A DNA stretch of 64,000 nt, taken from positions 52,055,551-52,119,550 of the forward strand of contig NC_068992.1 of assembly GCF_001194135.2 (NCBI RefSeq), in the 5' to 3' direction. Below are positions 1 to 11,337 of this stretch, piece by piece. The notes beneath the pieces were generated by a model, which ran no database searches, was not told the origin of the DNA, and saw only the letters and a program-made list of their open reading frames with translations. The translations under genes and the position numbers were made by a program. The DNA is from Octopus bimaculoides. Taxonomy: Eukaryota. Position 1 is the stretch's first letter. Each line of letters opens with the position of its first letter.

Positions 1-3
1 ATA

Positions 4-40
<37 letters not shown>

Positions 41-454
41 GTACATATATATATATATCCTCTTTTGGTGACGTAACACAAAATACATATAATTGCTGTT
101 CTATTTTGAAAGACAGGAAATAAAAGAAATGAAAATGTTACAAGAGCGTTGCGCAACAATTATCTTCATAAACATATGTGTACATAAAATAGAAATACAT
201 TTCTCTCTCTCTCTCTGCACACACATACACACATATATATGAGACTATGTATGTATACATATATAAGCAAACATTAATATATAGATATTTACAAATATCA
301 CATAGATTTATACATGTATATATAAATATATATGTGTGTGTGTATATATAAGTATGCATATATATATATACTTTTTATATGAGTGCCTACCTATATCTCA
401 ATCTACCTATTTATTTATCTTACTATCTATACATATGTATACATACATTAATAC

Positions 455-532
<78 letters not shown>

Positions 533-739
533 ACAAGCATACAGCTATATCTTCTTTTGAAACATTGCCTCTCGAGGCACATCTCATGAAGCTTTAAATT
601 TATAGCTTTGTGTGATGTGCATTCAGAGCCAATGTTCCCCAAAAAATAATAAATTTCATGTTACTAAAATTATTAGGATGTCAACAGCATACATTTATAT
701 TCGCATGTTTGTGTCTGTACACACACACACACACATGGA

Positions 740-778
<39 letters not shown>

Positions 779-1061
779 ATATATCTTTTTATTTTCATCT
801 TTGTTTTGTTTCAGTCATTAGAATGGCCATGCTTGGGAACTTGAAGAATTTTAGTCGCACAAATTAACTCCAGGATTTATTTTTGTCTTATACCTGCTAC
901 TTATTCTATCTGACCATTTTGCCAAACCACTAAGTTATGTGGACACAAATGCATCAACACTTGTCAATATTGGTGTTGGGGAACAATCACAAATGCAAAA
1001 ACAGGCACATACATAGAAAGACATATATATGTATATAATGTATGTATATTTATGTGCATAT

Positions 1062-1985
1062 ATCATCATCATCATCATCATCATCGTTTAACGTCCGCTC
1101 TCCATGCTAGCATGGGTTGGAGGATTTGACTGAGGACTGGTGAAACCGGATGGCAACACCAGGCTCCAGTCTGATTTGGCAGAGTTTCTACAGCTGGATG
1201 CCCCTCCTAACGCCAACCACTCAGAGAGTGTAGTGGGTGCTTTTACGTGTCACCCGCACGAAAACGGCCACGCTCGAAATGGTGTCTTTTATGTGCCNNN
1301 NNNNNNNNNNNNNNNNNNNNNNNNNNNNNNNNNNNNNNNNNNNNNNNNNNNNNNNNNNNNNNNNNNNNNNNNNNNNNNNNNNNNNNNNNNNNNNNNNNNN
1401 NNNNNNNNNNNNNNNNNNNNNNNNNNNNNNNNNNNNNNNNNNNNNNNNNNNNNNNNNNNNNNNNNNNNNNNNNNNNNNNNNNNNNNNNNNNNNNNNNNNN
1501 NNNNNNNNNNNNNNNNNNNNNNNNNNNNNNNNNNNNNNNNNNNNNNNNNNNNNNNNNNNNNNNNNNNNNNNNNNNNNNNNNNNNNNNNNNNNNNNNNNNN
1601 NNNNNNNNNNNNNNNNNNNNNNNNNNNNNNNNNNNNNNNNNNNNNNNNNNNNNNNNNNNNNNNNNNNCCTGGGCCTACCTCTTCCACGGGTTCCCTCAAC
1701 TGTTAGGGTGTGGCACTTTTTCACGCAGCTATCCTCCTCCATTCTCACCACATGTCCATACCAGCGCAATCGTCTCTCTTGCACGCCACAACTGATGCTT
1801 CTAATGTTCAGCTTTTCTCTCAAGATACTTACACTCTGACGGGTATTCACATTGACATTACACATCCAACGGAGCATACTGGCTTCATTCCTTGCGAGCT
1901 TACGTATGTCCTCAGCAGTTACAGCCCATGTTTCACTGCCATGTAGCATGGTTGTTCATACGCATGCGTCATAATACATATATAT
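1062..1985 (-). mobile_element. RTE-clade LINE 3' fragment (RT C-terminus, 3' UTR, (GAT)n tail), spanning a gap
   Basis: ORF 1221-1949(-) reads LHGSETWAVTAEDIRKLARNEASMLRWMC...RRLRWYGHVVRMEEDSCVKKC...GTRGRGRPR, the typical RTE post-RT region. Beyond the gap comes the abundant tail ...ccaacccatgctagcatggagagcggacgttaaacgatgatgat. Confidence 0.9.
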
Positions 1986-2237
1986 GTCTTTCTTCATCTC
2001 CTTATTCCTTTTCTCCTGTCCTCTGTGTCATCATTTCATTAATCTACACCCTTCTCATTTTCCCTCTCTGTGTCCGATGACAGAATGTCCCATACTCTGG
2101 GATATCCCAGAAACAACTGAAAGACTTTGAATTTTTCCAATAACAATAATGTATATAATTTGAGATGTTTGTCTTGCCTTAACCTTTGTTGTCCTCTTTA
2201 ACAATTATACATATATATAATTGTATGTGTGTAAATA

Positions 2238-2321
<84 letters not shown>

Positions 2322-2344
2322 TGTATGTATGTATGTATGTATGC

Positions 2345-2554
2345 TCTTTCTTATTTCAGTCATCAAACTGTGGCCATGCTGGAGCACTAAATTGAAGAAT
2401 TTGTAGTTGAGCGAATTGACCCAATTTCCTACATTTTATTAAGCCTGGTCCTTTTTCTATCAGACTCTTTTTGCTAAACCACTAAATTACAGGGACATAA
2501 ACACACAAACATCGGTTGTCAAGCAATGATAAGGGACAAATACAGACACAAAGT

Positions 2555-2586
<32 letters not shown>

Positions 2587-2740
2587 CATACACGATGAGC
2601 TTCTTTCAGTTTCCATCTACTAAATCCACTCACAAGGTTTTGGTGGGCTCAAGACTAGAGTGAAGACACATTTTACAGGTGCCATGCAGTGGGACTGAAC
2701 CTGGAACAATATGGTTGGGAAGTTATTGTCATGCCTATAT
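2345..2740 (-). mobile_element. tRNA-derived composite SINE (family B) with internal (CA)/(TA) microsatellite
   Basis: Colinear with the copy at 39549-39934. On the minus strand it has a B-box-like ggttcagtccc followed by ...ccttgagcccaccaaaaccttgtgagtggatttagtagatggaaactgaaagaagc. Confidence 0.85.
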
Positions 2741-2761
2741 ACAATATATATTTATACACAA

Positions 2762-2975
2762 GGTGGCAAGCTGGCTGAAACGTTAGCATGCCGGGTAAAA
2801 TGTTTAGCAGTGTTTTGTAGGTCTCTATGTTCTGAGTTCAAATTCCACCCAGGTTGACTTTGCCTTTCATCCTTTTGGGGTCGATAAATTAAGTACCAGT
2901 TGCATACTGGAGTTGATTTGATCTACTGGCTCATTCCCCCCAAATTTCAGGTCTTGTGCCTAGAGTGGAAAAGAA
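2762..2975 (+). mobile_element. tRNA-derived SINE (family C)
   Basis: A-box-like tggctgaaacgttag, B-box-like gagttcaaattcc, and the family body gactttgcctttcatccttttggggtcgataaattaagtaccag. Confidence 0.85.
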
Positions 2976-3582
2976 TATTTATACACACACATGCATGCAC
3001 CCGTGCACACACACACACACATCGGAGGCACTAATAAAAGAAGCAGATCTCAGAGATGCAATTTTGTCAGTTATATATTAGAATAAATAAATAATTTCAA
3101 TATTTTGTCTGATCTTCTAAATGTTTGGTTAATTCACTGCTCTGGATAAGTAATTTTTTATTGATCCCAAGATGGTGGAAAAGTAACTTGGCCTCAGCAG
3201 GATTTGAACCTGGTGTTGCACTGTATTTTGCGAGTCATTTTATCCAACTCTCTAACAATTGTACCAATTCAACTAGTGAAATCTAAAGTTATAAAATGTC
3301 TAGAATTTGTGGTTTTTATATGGACTCAGAAAATTGAATCAGATGAATCAGAGGCATTTAGAAAACACTTATTTCTTTATTTTACTCCAGACAATATTCC
3401 AAAAGAAACTGATGGGAAGGTTGTATATTGTTTGATATTTCACAATACATCTTCTCTGTGGCATTATTTATTTAAATGCAATCCAAAGTGTATACGAATG
3501 TAAATTTAATATCAGTTATAAATGCAAAAACTAATTAAATATATGCAAAAAAGTAGAGAGAGAGAGTGTGTGTGTGTGTATG

Positions 3583-3642
<60 letters not shown>

Positions 3643-4126
3643 TACATACAGAGAGAGAGAGGGGGGAGGGAGGAAGGGGAGAGAGGAAGAAAGTGATATT
3701 TATAATAGGAGTATAGAATGCAAAGAAATATTTATTATTAATTCATATAGACCAACAAAAGATTTCAAGCAAAGTTCCACGGGTCTCTTGTTTTTCATTT
3801 TTACAATGGTGAGGATGAAGAACCCCATGCATAGTAACATATCACAGACTATTTTAGAGAAATAATAAAAAGGATTCCAAGTGAAGTGTCAGGACATTTT
3901 TACATGCAGAAAAGTTGAAATGTAGAATATCAGAGTCTTTCTTTCTGGCGCTGTTATAATTTGTCTGCTTTTATAAATATAAAATAGTTCCAGATGATTC
4001 TACTTAAAATTAGTTATTCTAAATTCTGTATATGCAAATATTCTGTAAATATGTTACATAATTGAACACATTCAATAGAATTTCTTCAAGTCTAAAAGGC
4101 AACTGAAACAATGTTTGTATCAATTA

Positions 4127-4161
<35 letters not shown>

Positions 4162-4389
4162 ACTGGTTAGATATTTTATTGAACCCAGAGAAATAATGGA
4201 TGAAAAACTGTTTAAGGGTTTTTTTTTTCACAAACTGAAATATCATCATTATCATTATCATCAGTGTCTTACCCTCATCACTATAACCTTGATGATGGCT
4301 ATGACAATGATGACAACGACGACGACAATGATGATGATGATGATGATGATGATGATGTTCCTTTCTTATATATATATATATATATATAT

Positions 4390-4562
4390 ACATATATACT
4401 ATGGGCTTCTTTCGGTTTCTGTCTACCAAATCCACTCTCAAGGCTTTGGTTGGCCCGAAGCTATAGTAGAAGACACTTACCCAAGGTGCCATGCAGTGGG
4501 ACTGAACCTGGAATCATGTGGTTGGTAACCAAACTACTTACCACACAGCCACTCCTACGCCT
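4390..4562 (-). mobile_element. Family B SINE, tRNA-head half
   Basis: The minus strand reads aggcgtaggagtggctgtgtggtaagtagtttggttaccaaccacatgattccaggttcagtcccactgcatggcaccttgggtaagtgtcttctactatagc. Confidence 0.85.
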
Positions 4563-4757
4563 TACAAATACCTTACACATTGCTAAAAAAAATTTTCCTA
4601 GAGAATTAAAAGTTGGTGGAAGTATGTCCCCAAATGTGCCAAGAAATACCCACCTCTGTATTAAAAGACTGTCATCTGAAGTGGTTCTGTCCCCAAAACA
4701 CATTCATGAAGTTGAGCATGAAAGTAGTAGTGGATTGAATTTAATTGAATATATTAC

Positions 4758-5002
4758 ACCCTTTTAAAGCCTAGCCGGACTCATGGGCCCGGTTTCCCGG
4801 TTTCTATGGGGTATGTATTACCCAGCTGGATGGGACGCCAGTCCATTGCAGCGTTACTCATTTTTGACAGCTGAGTAGACTTGAGCAATGTGAAATGAAG
4901 TGTTTTGCTCAAGAACACAAGGAGTCGACCGGACCAGGAATCGAAACCACAATCTTATGATCATGGTGCTGACACCCTAACCACTAAGCCATGTGCCTCC
5001 AC
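4758..5002 (-). mobile_element. tRNA-derived SINE with a MetaSINE/V-like central domain
   Basis: The minus strand has an A box (tggcttagtggttag) and a B box (ggtttcgattcc), then gtgttcttgagcaaaacactt and gcaatggactggcgtcccatccag...agaaaccggg. These resemble conserved SINE central domains, recalled from memory. Confidence 0.65.
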
Positions 5003-5935
5003 ATAATTGAATATATAGGTCTAATAAATATTACACCGAGATTAGATAAGGTGTTTGAAGTTTTCCCAGTGCTTTCTTGTAACTGGTATTTGTTCTCATT
5101 TTTATATCATCGTAGAAAATACAATGTGTGTGTGTGTGTGTGCGTGTGTGTGTGTGTGTGTGCGTGTGTGTGTGTGTGTGTGGTGGAGCAACCCTAGAAG
5201 TGTTTAATAAAACTATGTTTGCATAGGAATTAATCAATTCATANNNNNNNNNNNNNNNNNNNNNNNNNNNNNNNNNNNNNNNNNNNNNNNNNNNNNNNNN
5301 NNNNNNNNNNNNNNNNNNNNNNNNNNNNNNNNNNNNNNNNNNNNNNNNNNNNNNNNNNNNNNNNNNNNNNNNNNNNNNNNNNNNNNNNNNNNNNNNNNNN
5401 NNNNNNNNNNNNNNNNNNNNNNNNNNNNNNNNNNNNNNNNNNNNNNNNNNNNNNNNNNNNNNNNNNNNNNNNNNNNNNNNNNNNNNNNNNNNNNNNNNNN
5501 NNNNNNNNNNNNNNNNNNNNNNNNNNNNNNNNNNNNNNNNNNNNNNNNNNNNNNNNNNNNNNNNNNNNNNNNNNNNNNNNNNNNNNNNNNNNNNNNNNNN
5601 NNNNNNNNNNNNNNNNNNNNNNNNNNNNNNNNNNNNNNNNNNNNNNNNNNNNNNNNNNNNNNNNNNNNNNNNNNNNNNNNNNNNNNNNNNNNNNNNNNNN
5701 NNNNNNNNNNNNNNNNNNNNNNNNNNNNNNNNNNNNNNNNNNNNNNNNNNNNNNNNNNNNNNNNNNNATATATATATATATAAATACACACATACATATA
5801 TATATGTTGCATATAAATAATATTCATATATGTATATATGTATGTGTGTGTATATATACATATATCTATATATTTATCTATATATATATCATAAACATAT
5901 ACATATATATACATATACACACACACACACACACC

Positions 5936-5974
<39 letters not shown>

Positions 5975-6420
5975 GTGTGCAGTAATGTAAATATATGTAC
6001 CTGTGTGTGTGTAAATAACAATTTTCCAACACAGATATTTGTTATCTTGATTTCTTTGTTCGCTTTTGAAATATGGGATTTTTAAAAATTTAATTCCAAA
6101 TTAAAATTCTTTTTCCATCACCTTACAAACCGCAACCATTCATTAATTCTTACAATTGCAGTAGATTAAATTTCCGTCTATAACATGGAAGCTAACATAT
6201 ATCCATTTGTTGAGCAAAAATCTATGGTTTCTATTTAAACCCTTAAACAGTTCTATTTTAGTGAAACTTTATGAATCCTTGCAGGTTTCTCTGCTTAATA
6301 ATATTTTGGTTAAACTTCGAGTTTATTTAGTTATACTATTTCTATGGGTTTCAATTAATGCAACTGTCTCTGAATTTTTAATGCACTCTTACAAAAACAC
6401 ATACAGAAATATACTTAACT

Positions 6421-6530
<110 letters not shown>

Positions 6531-6647
6531 CACATTCATATCAATTGAAATTAATGTCAATATGACATCAGCCAAAATGTTAATAGAAATAAAACTATGA
6601 ATATAAAATAATATTTTTGATTTATGTCTCTTTTTCTCTTCTCATTT

Positions 6648-6679
6648 GTTTACTATTATTTTTATTATTGTTATTATTA

Positions 6680-6735
<56 letters not shown>

Positions 6736-6751
6736 ATTATTATTATAATTA

Positions 6752-6803
<52 letters not shown>

Positions 6804-6821
6804 CATTATAGTTATTATTAA
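6648..6821. repeat. Long (TAT)n microsatellite
   Basis: Imperfect TAT array that explains the poly-Ile and poly-Asn ORFs. Confidence 0.97.
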
Positions 6822-7029
6822 GGTGGTGAGCTTGCAGGATCGTTAGCATGATGGGTGAAATGCTTAACGATATTTCGTCTGCCACTACATTCTGAGTTCA
6901 AATTCTGCCAAGATCGACTTTGCCGTTCATCCTTTCGGGGGTCGATAAATTAAGTAACAGCCAAGTACTGTGGTTAATATGATCGATTGTCCCACACAAA
7001 ATTTCAGGCCTTGTGCCTATAGTAGAAAA

Positions 7030-7030
<1 letters not shown>
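6822..7030 (+). mobile_element. Family C SINE
   Basis: aaggtggtgagcttgcaggatcgttagcatg...ttctgagttcaaattctgcc...gggtcgataaattaagt. A further copy lies at about 7530-7750. Confidence 0.85.
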
Positions 7031-7059
<29 letters not shown>

Positions 7060-7060
<1 letters not shown>

Positions 7061-7440
7061 ATTCAGTAGTGTCATTCTTATCATGCACTTTTGCTGCACT
7101 ACCAAGTGCAGTTCCATGTTCCTTCAGTATGTGTTGTGGTTGTGTTTGGTGTTGGTATTTTCAATGTATTGAAAGTGTTTTATGCAGGATGTGCATGGTG
7201 TCCAGTAGTGTCCTGTATGTTATATATAAATTTGTAAGTCCAGGTGTTTTGGTTATATATTTGTCTAAATGTTTTTAAATCATACCTAATGTATCTATTA
7301 TTATAAGGATTGTTTCTATTTTTAGGTTCCACATTCAGGTTGTTCTTTGAGAGTTTCTCTGTTTCATTTAGAGACACATTGTCATATGTTGGAATGGATA
7401 TAACAATTAGAAGGCATCTTTTTTGTACCAATTCAACACT
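7060..7440 (-). mobile_element. R4/Dong-like (restriction-like endonuclease) non-LTR retrotransposon 3' fragment, degenerate
   Basis: Frameshifted minus-strand peptide KRCLLIVISIPTYDNVSLNETEKLSK..., matching the RLE-type 'C-L-I-D-V-x-I-P-x-D...KE-x-EK-x-x-KY' pattern. The DNA is homologous to 50268-50544. Confidence 0.8.
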
Positions 7441-7875
7441 GGACTTGATATAATCGTCTTACCTCAGCCCCAAAATTGCTGGCCTTGTGCCAAAATTTGA
7501 AACCATTATTATTATTATTATCATTTTTATTAAGGCTGCAAGCTTGCAGAAACATTAACACACCCGGTGAAATGCTTAGCGAAATTTTGTCTGCCACTAC
7601 GTTCTGAGTTCAAAGTCCGCCGAGGTTGACTTTGCTTTTCATCCTTTTGGAGGTTGATGAAATAAGTACCAGTTACGCACTGGAGTCGATGTAATTGATT
7701 ATCCCCCTACCCCCAAAATTTTCAAGGCCTTGTGCCTACAGTAGAAATAATAATTATTATTAGTTGTATTAGAATTGATATCAGCAGCAGTAGCAGTTGC
7801 AGTAGTAGTAGTAGCAGTAGTAGTAGTAGTAGTAGAAGTAGTGGTGGTGGTGGTGGTGGTCGCAGTGGTAGTAGC

Positions 7876-7909
<34 letters not shown>

Positions 7910-8339
7910 TTCTATTTTGTATTAAAAACTTCGATCTAGATATATACAAAGAAAGAAGAATTTAGCAATTTAAGTAGCATGGTGAAATGGTGCCAAGCCT
8001 GCCAGAGTTTCTAATTTCATTTTCACATTTACTTCTATGTGGAGTAGAATCTATTGTCAAACAAATTGATAATGATGTAGAGAAATGTTTCCGATGAAAT
8101 GGAGATTGGTAGAATGACATCAATTGTAGCAAAGCTAATATAATCTAGAACATTCCATTAAGTAACATTTTGAAGACATCATGGTTACAGGCAAAGGAAA
8201 TAATAAACATGTTGGTCAACAATATCATGGGGATATACAGATCTTGGAGCCTGTAAACAGAAGCAAGTTGGCTAAGTGTTTAAGAAATGGTAAAAGGAAT
8301 TTCTTAGGAATACCATCTGTATGAAATGCAATAGTTGAG

Positions 8340-8580
8340 TGCTTGCTGGTGCCATGTAAAAGCAGGTGTGCCGGTGCCACATCTAAGGGCCCAATCTGGT
8401 GCCACGTAAAAAGCACCCAGTACATTCTGTGAACGTGTCGGTGTTAGGAAGGGCATCCAGCTGTAGAGACCATGCGAAAACAGTCAACCTGGGCTACTCT
8501 CCAGCTAGCCAGCTCCTGTCAAGCCTTCTAACACATGCCAGCATGGAAAACAAACGTTAAATGATTATGACGAAGACGAC
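8340..8580 (+). mobile_element. Family A repeat (RTE-type 3' tail, or a SINE sharing the RTE tail)
   Basis: gccacgtaaaaagcacccagtac...ttaggaagggcatccagctgtaga...catgccagcatggaaaacaaacgttaaatgat. Confidence 0.8.
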
Positions 8581-9224
8581 AACTTTGTTGATGATGGTGA
8601 TGATGGTGGTGGTGGTGGTGGTAATTATGATGAGCAAAAAAGGATTTTCATTATTAAATTTCTTTGACAGTAAGGAGGGCATAACTAAGGTTTGATCATA
8701 AAAGTTAATCAAATTTAGCCAAGACAATGGAGAGGGAAATCCAAATTGTTTTCATCTCTTCTTGAGGTTATGTTTAACTCTCCTCAATGTAAAGGTAAAT
8801 TCAATTGGCTGGAAGTTTTGCCTACTCATTTCATTACATGTATGAGTACTCATTCAACTTTTAAGTTTGATTTTCTTCAGCCATGTTGCCACGCCAACTT
8901 CTGCGTGCAAGCAGAAATGAGGATGATGATGATGCTGTTGATGATGATGATGATATACATATAGACTGCCATTAATGTGACAATACTCTACAAGATGCAT
9001 CATTATAGAATTAGGCAGAAAGATGTTTCTGTGTATAATATATCTTTAAATACCTGTCAGGTTTGTAAAAGTTGCATGAAGCTAATATTTTATTTACAAA
9101 AGAATAGTCCAATCTAATTTTGAAAAGTGCAGAAAATCCCACATATGAAACTAATATCTTTAATTTATTTTCTATTCTCATTGGTTGATGTAGATCACAA
9201 ACCAAACAACTCAATATTGTATCA

Positions 9225-9950
9225 AATTTTGGCACAAAGCCTATTATTTTAAGGGGTAAGGGTTAGGGTTAGGGTTAGGGTTAGGGTTAGGGTTAGGGTT
9301 AGGGTTAGGGTTAGGGTTAGGGTAAGGGTTAGGGTTAGGGTTAGGGTNNNNNNNNNNNNNNNNNNNNNNNNNNNNNNNNNNNNNNNNNNNNNNNNNNNNN
9401 NNNNNNNNNNNNNNNNNNNNNNNNNNNNNNNNNNNNNNNNNNNNNNNNNNNNNNNNNNNNNNNNNNNNNNNNNNNNNNNNNNNNNNNNNNNNNNNNNNNN
9501 NNNNNNNNNNNNNNNNNNNNNNNNNNNNNNNNNNNNNNNNNNNNNNNNNNNNNNNNNNNNNNNNNNNNNNNNNNNNNNNNNNNNNNNNNNNNNNNNNNNN
9601 NNNNNNNNNNNNNNNNNNNNNNNNNNNNNNNNNNNNNNNNNNNNNNNNNNNNNNNNNNNNNNNNNNNNNNNNNNNNNNGGTTAGGGTTAGGGTTAGGGTT
9701 AGGGTTAGGGTTAGGGTTAGGGTTAGGGTTAGGGTTAGGGTTAGGGTTAGGGTAAGGGTTAGGGTTAGGGTTAGGGTAAGGGTTAGTTAATTACATCATC
9801 CTCAATGCTCAGCTGGCACTTATTTTATCAGCACCTGGAAGAATGAAAGTCCACGTTATCTCTACAGCTGAATTTGAACTCAGCACATGAAGACTGACGA
9901 AGCACTGCAAAGCATTTGACACAGTGCAATAACAACCGTGCCAGCTCAGC
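9225..9950 (-). mobile_element. Family C SINE (antisense) interrupted by the telomeric array
   Basis: ttttggcacaaagcc before the array and ggttagttaattacatc...cttattttatcagcacctggaagaatgaaag...gaatttgaactcag after it are colinear with the uninterrupted antisense copy at 26395-26595. Confidence 0.8.
9254..9786 (+). repeat. Interstitial telomeric-type (TTAGGG)n array with TAAGGG variants, spanning gap 9348-9678
   Basis: Pure ggttag units on both sides of the gap, roughly 15-18 units visible on each side. TAAGGG variants at about 9257, 9323, 9753 and 9777. Confidence 0.95.
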
Positions 9951-9989
9951 ACCTAAACCTAGATAATATTAGTTATAAACTTGTCACTA

Positions 9990-10560
9990 TGTTCTGAGTT
10001 CAAAATCACCAAGATCGACTTTGTCTTTCATCCTTTCGGGATCAATGAAATAAGTACCAGCTGAACGCTGGGGGTCGATGTAATTGACTCATCTCCACCA
10101 CCCACAGCTGCCCTCGCAGAAAAATTTGAAAACAGCAGTGAGCTAGCAGAAATGTTAGCACGCCAGGCGAAATGCTTAGCAGCATTTCGTCTGCTATTAC
10201 ATTCTGAGTTCAAATTCCACTGAGGTTGACTTTGCCTTTCATCCTTTCGGGGTCGATAAATTAAATACCAGTTGCGTACTGAGGTCGATCTAATCAACTG
10301 ACTCCCTCCCCCAAAATTTCAGGCCTTGTGCCTAGAGTAGAAAAGAATATTATTTATAAATTTTGGCACTGGGCCAGCAGTTTGGAGTGACAGAGTAAGC
10401 CAATTAAACAACCCCAGTACTCAACTGGTACTGATGTTATCGACCCTTAAAGAATGAAAAACGAAGTCGACTTCTGTAGAATTTGAACTCAGAACATGAA
10501 GACAGGTGAAACGCCATTTAGCATTTCACCCAGCATGTTAGTAATTCTACCAGCCTGCTG
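9990..10560. mobile_element. Cluster of family C SINEs (+, +, -)
   Basis: Sense copies at about 9990-10130 and 10135-10350, and an antisense copy at about 10360-10560. Confidence 0.85.
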
Positions 10561-11293
10561 CTTAAATCTTGTTAATATTGACATTACATTTAATAACACT
10601 GTTTAACACATAGCCTCACTTTTCGAATATACAAATATCTAACCTTTTCAAATATATATAACGTATATTTATTGATCATGTATCGTTTGTGAAAATTATT
10701 TTTGAAATGATTCACTAACTGCCTGATTCTATAATAATATTTATTGGCGTCAAATATAACTCAAGTGTTATATTTTGAGTAGTATAGAAATACACATGCA
10801 TTCAACACACACACACATATATAGACATATATGTGTACATGTGTGTGTAAATGTGTGTCAATATGTGAATACATATGTGTATATATGTGTGTATGTATCT
10901 ATATGTATATCATCATCAACAGCATCATCATCATCCTCATTTTCAATTGTTTAACATCCACTTTTCCATGTTTGCCTTTTTGGGCCAGAATTCGTTGAAG
11001 TTAATTTTCTATGGCTTAATGTCCTTCCTTTCTTTATAGCTTGCTTGTTAGTTTTCTTTTTATATTGGATTCCATGATTCAGCACCATAAGAAAATATTA
11101 ATTAAAAAGCATGAATTTATTAGGTAGGAGTGTGATGCCTACCTAAATGGAGCTTGGGTGTCGGCAGCACAGCTATCAAGTCTGTATGTGTGTAATAGAA
11201 CGAAGACACAAAGACACAGTCAAGAGGTATGAAGTCAGTTTTTAGCATATTTATACTTGCTTACATATTGGAGAAAATGCAAATATACATAAA

Positions 11294-11334
<41 letters not shown>

Positions 11335-11337
<3 letters not shown>

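Noticed and set aside
138-642. ORFs rich in YI/HT/CV dipeptides (and the many similar ORFs across the window)
   Set aside because: They are translations of (TA)n, (CA)n and (TACA)n microsatellites, or read through N-gaps; there is no coding evidence.
3204-3503. 99-aa ORF with an internal acceptor-like tract (ttattttactccAG)
   Set aside because: No recognisable domain and only a weak donor (GTTGTA); compatible with chance.
8150-8335. Open stretch FEDIMVTGKGNNKHVGQQ...
   Set aside because: Faint resemblance to LINE C-termini but too degenerate to assign.
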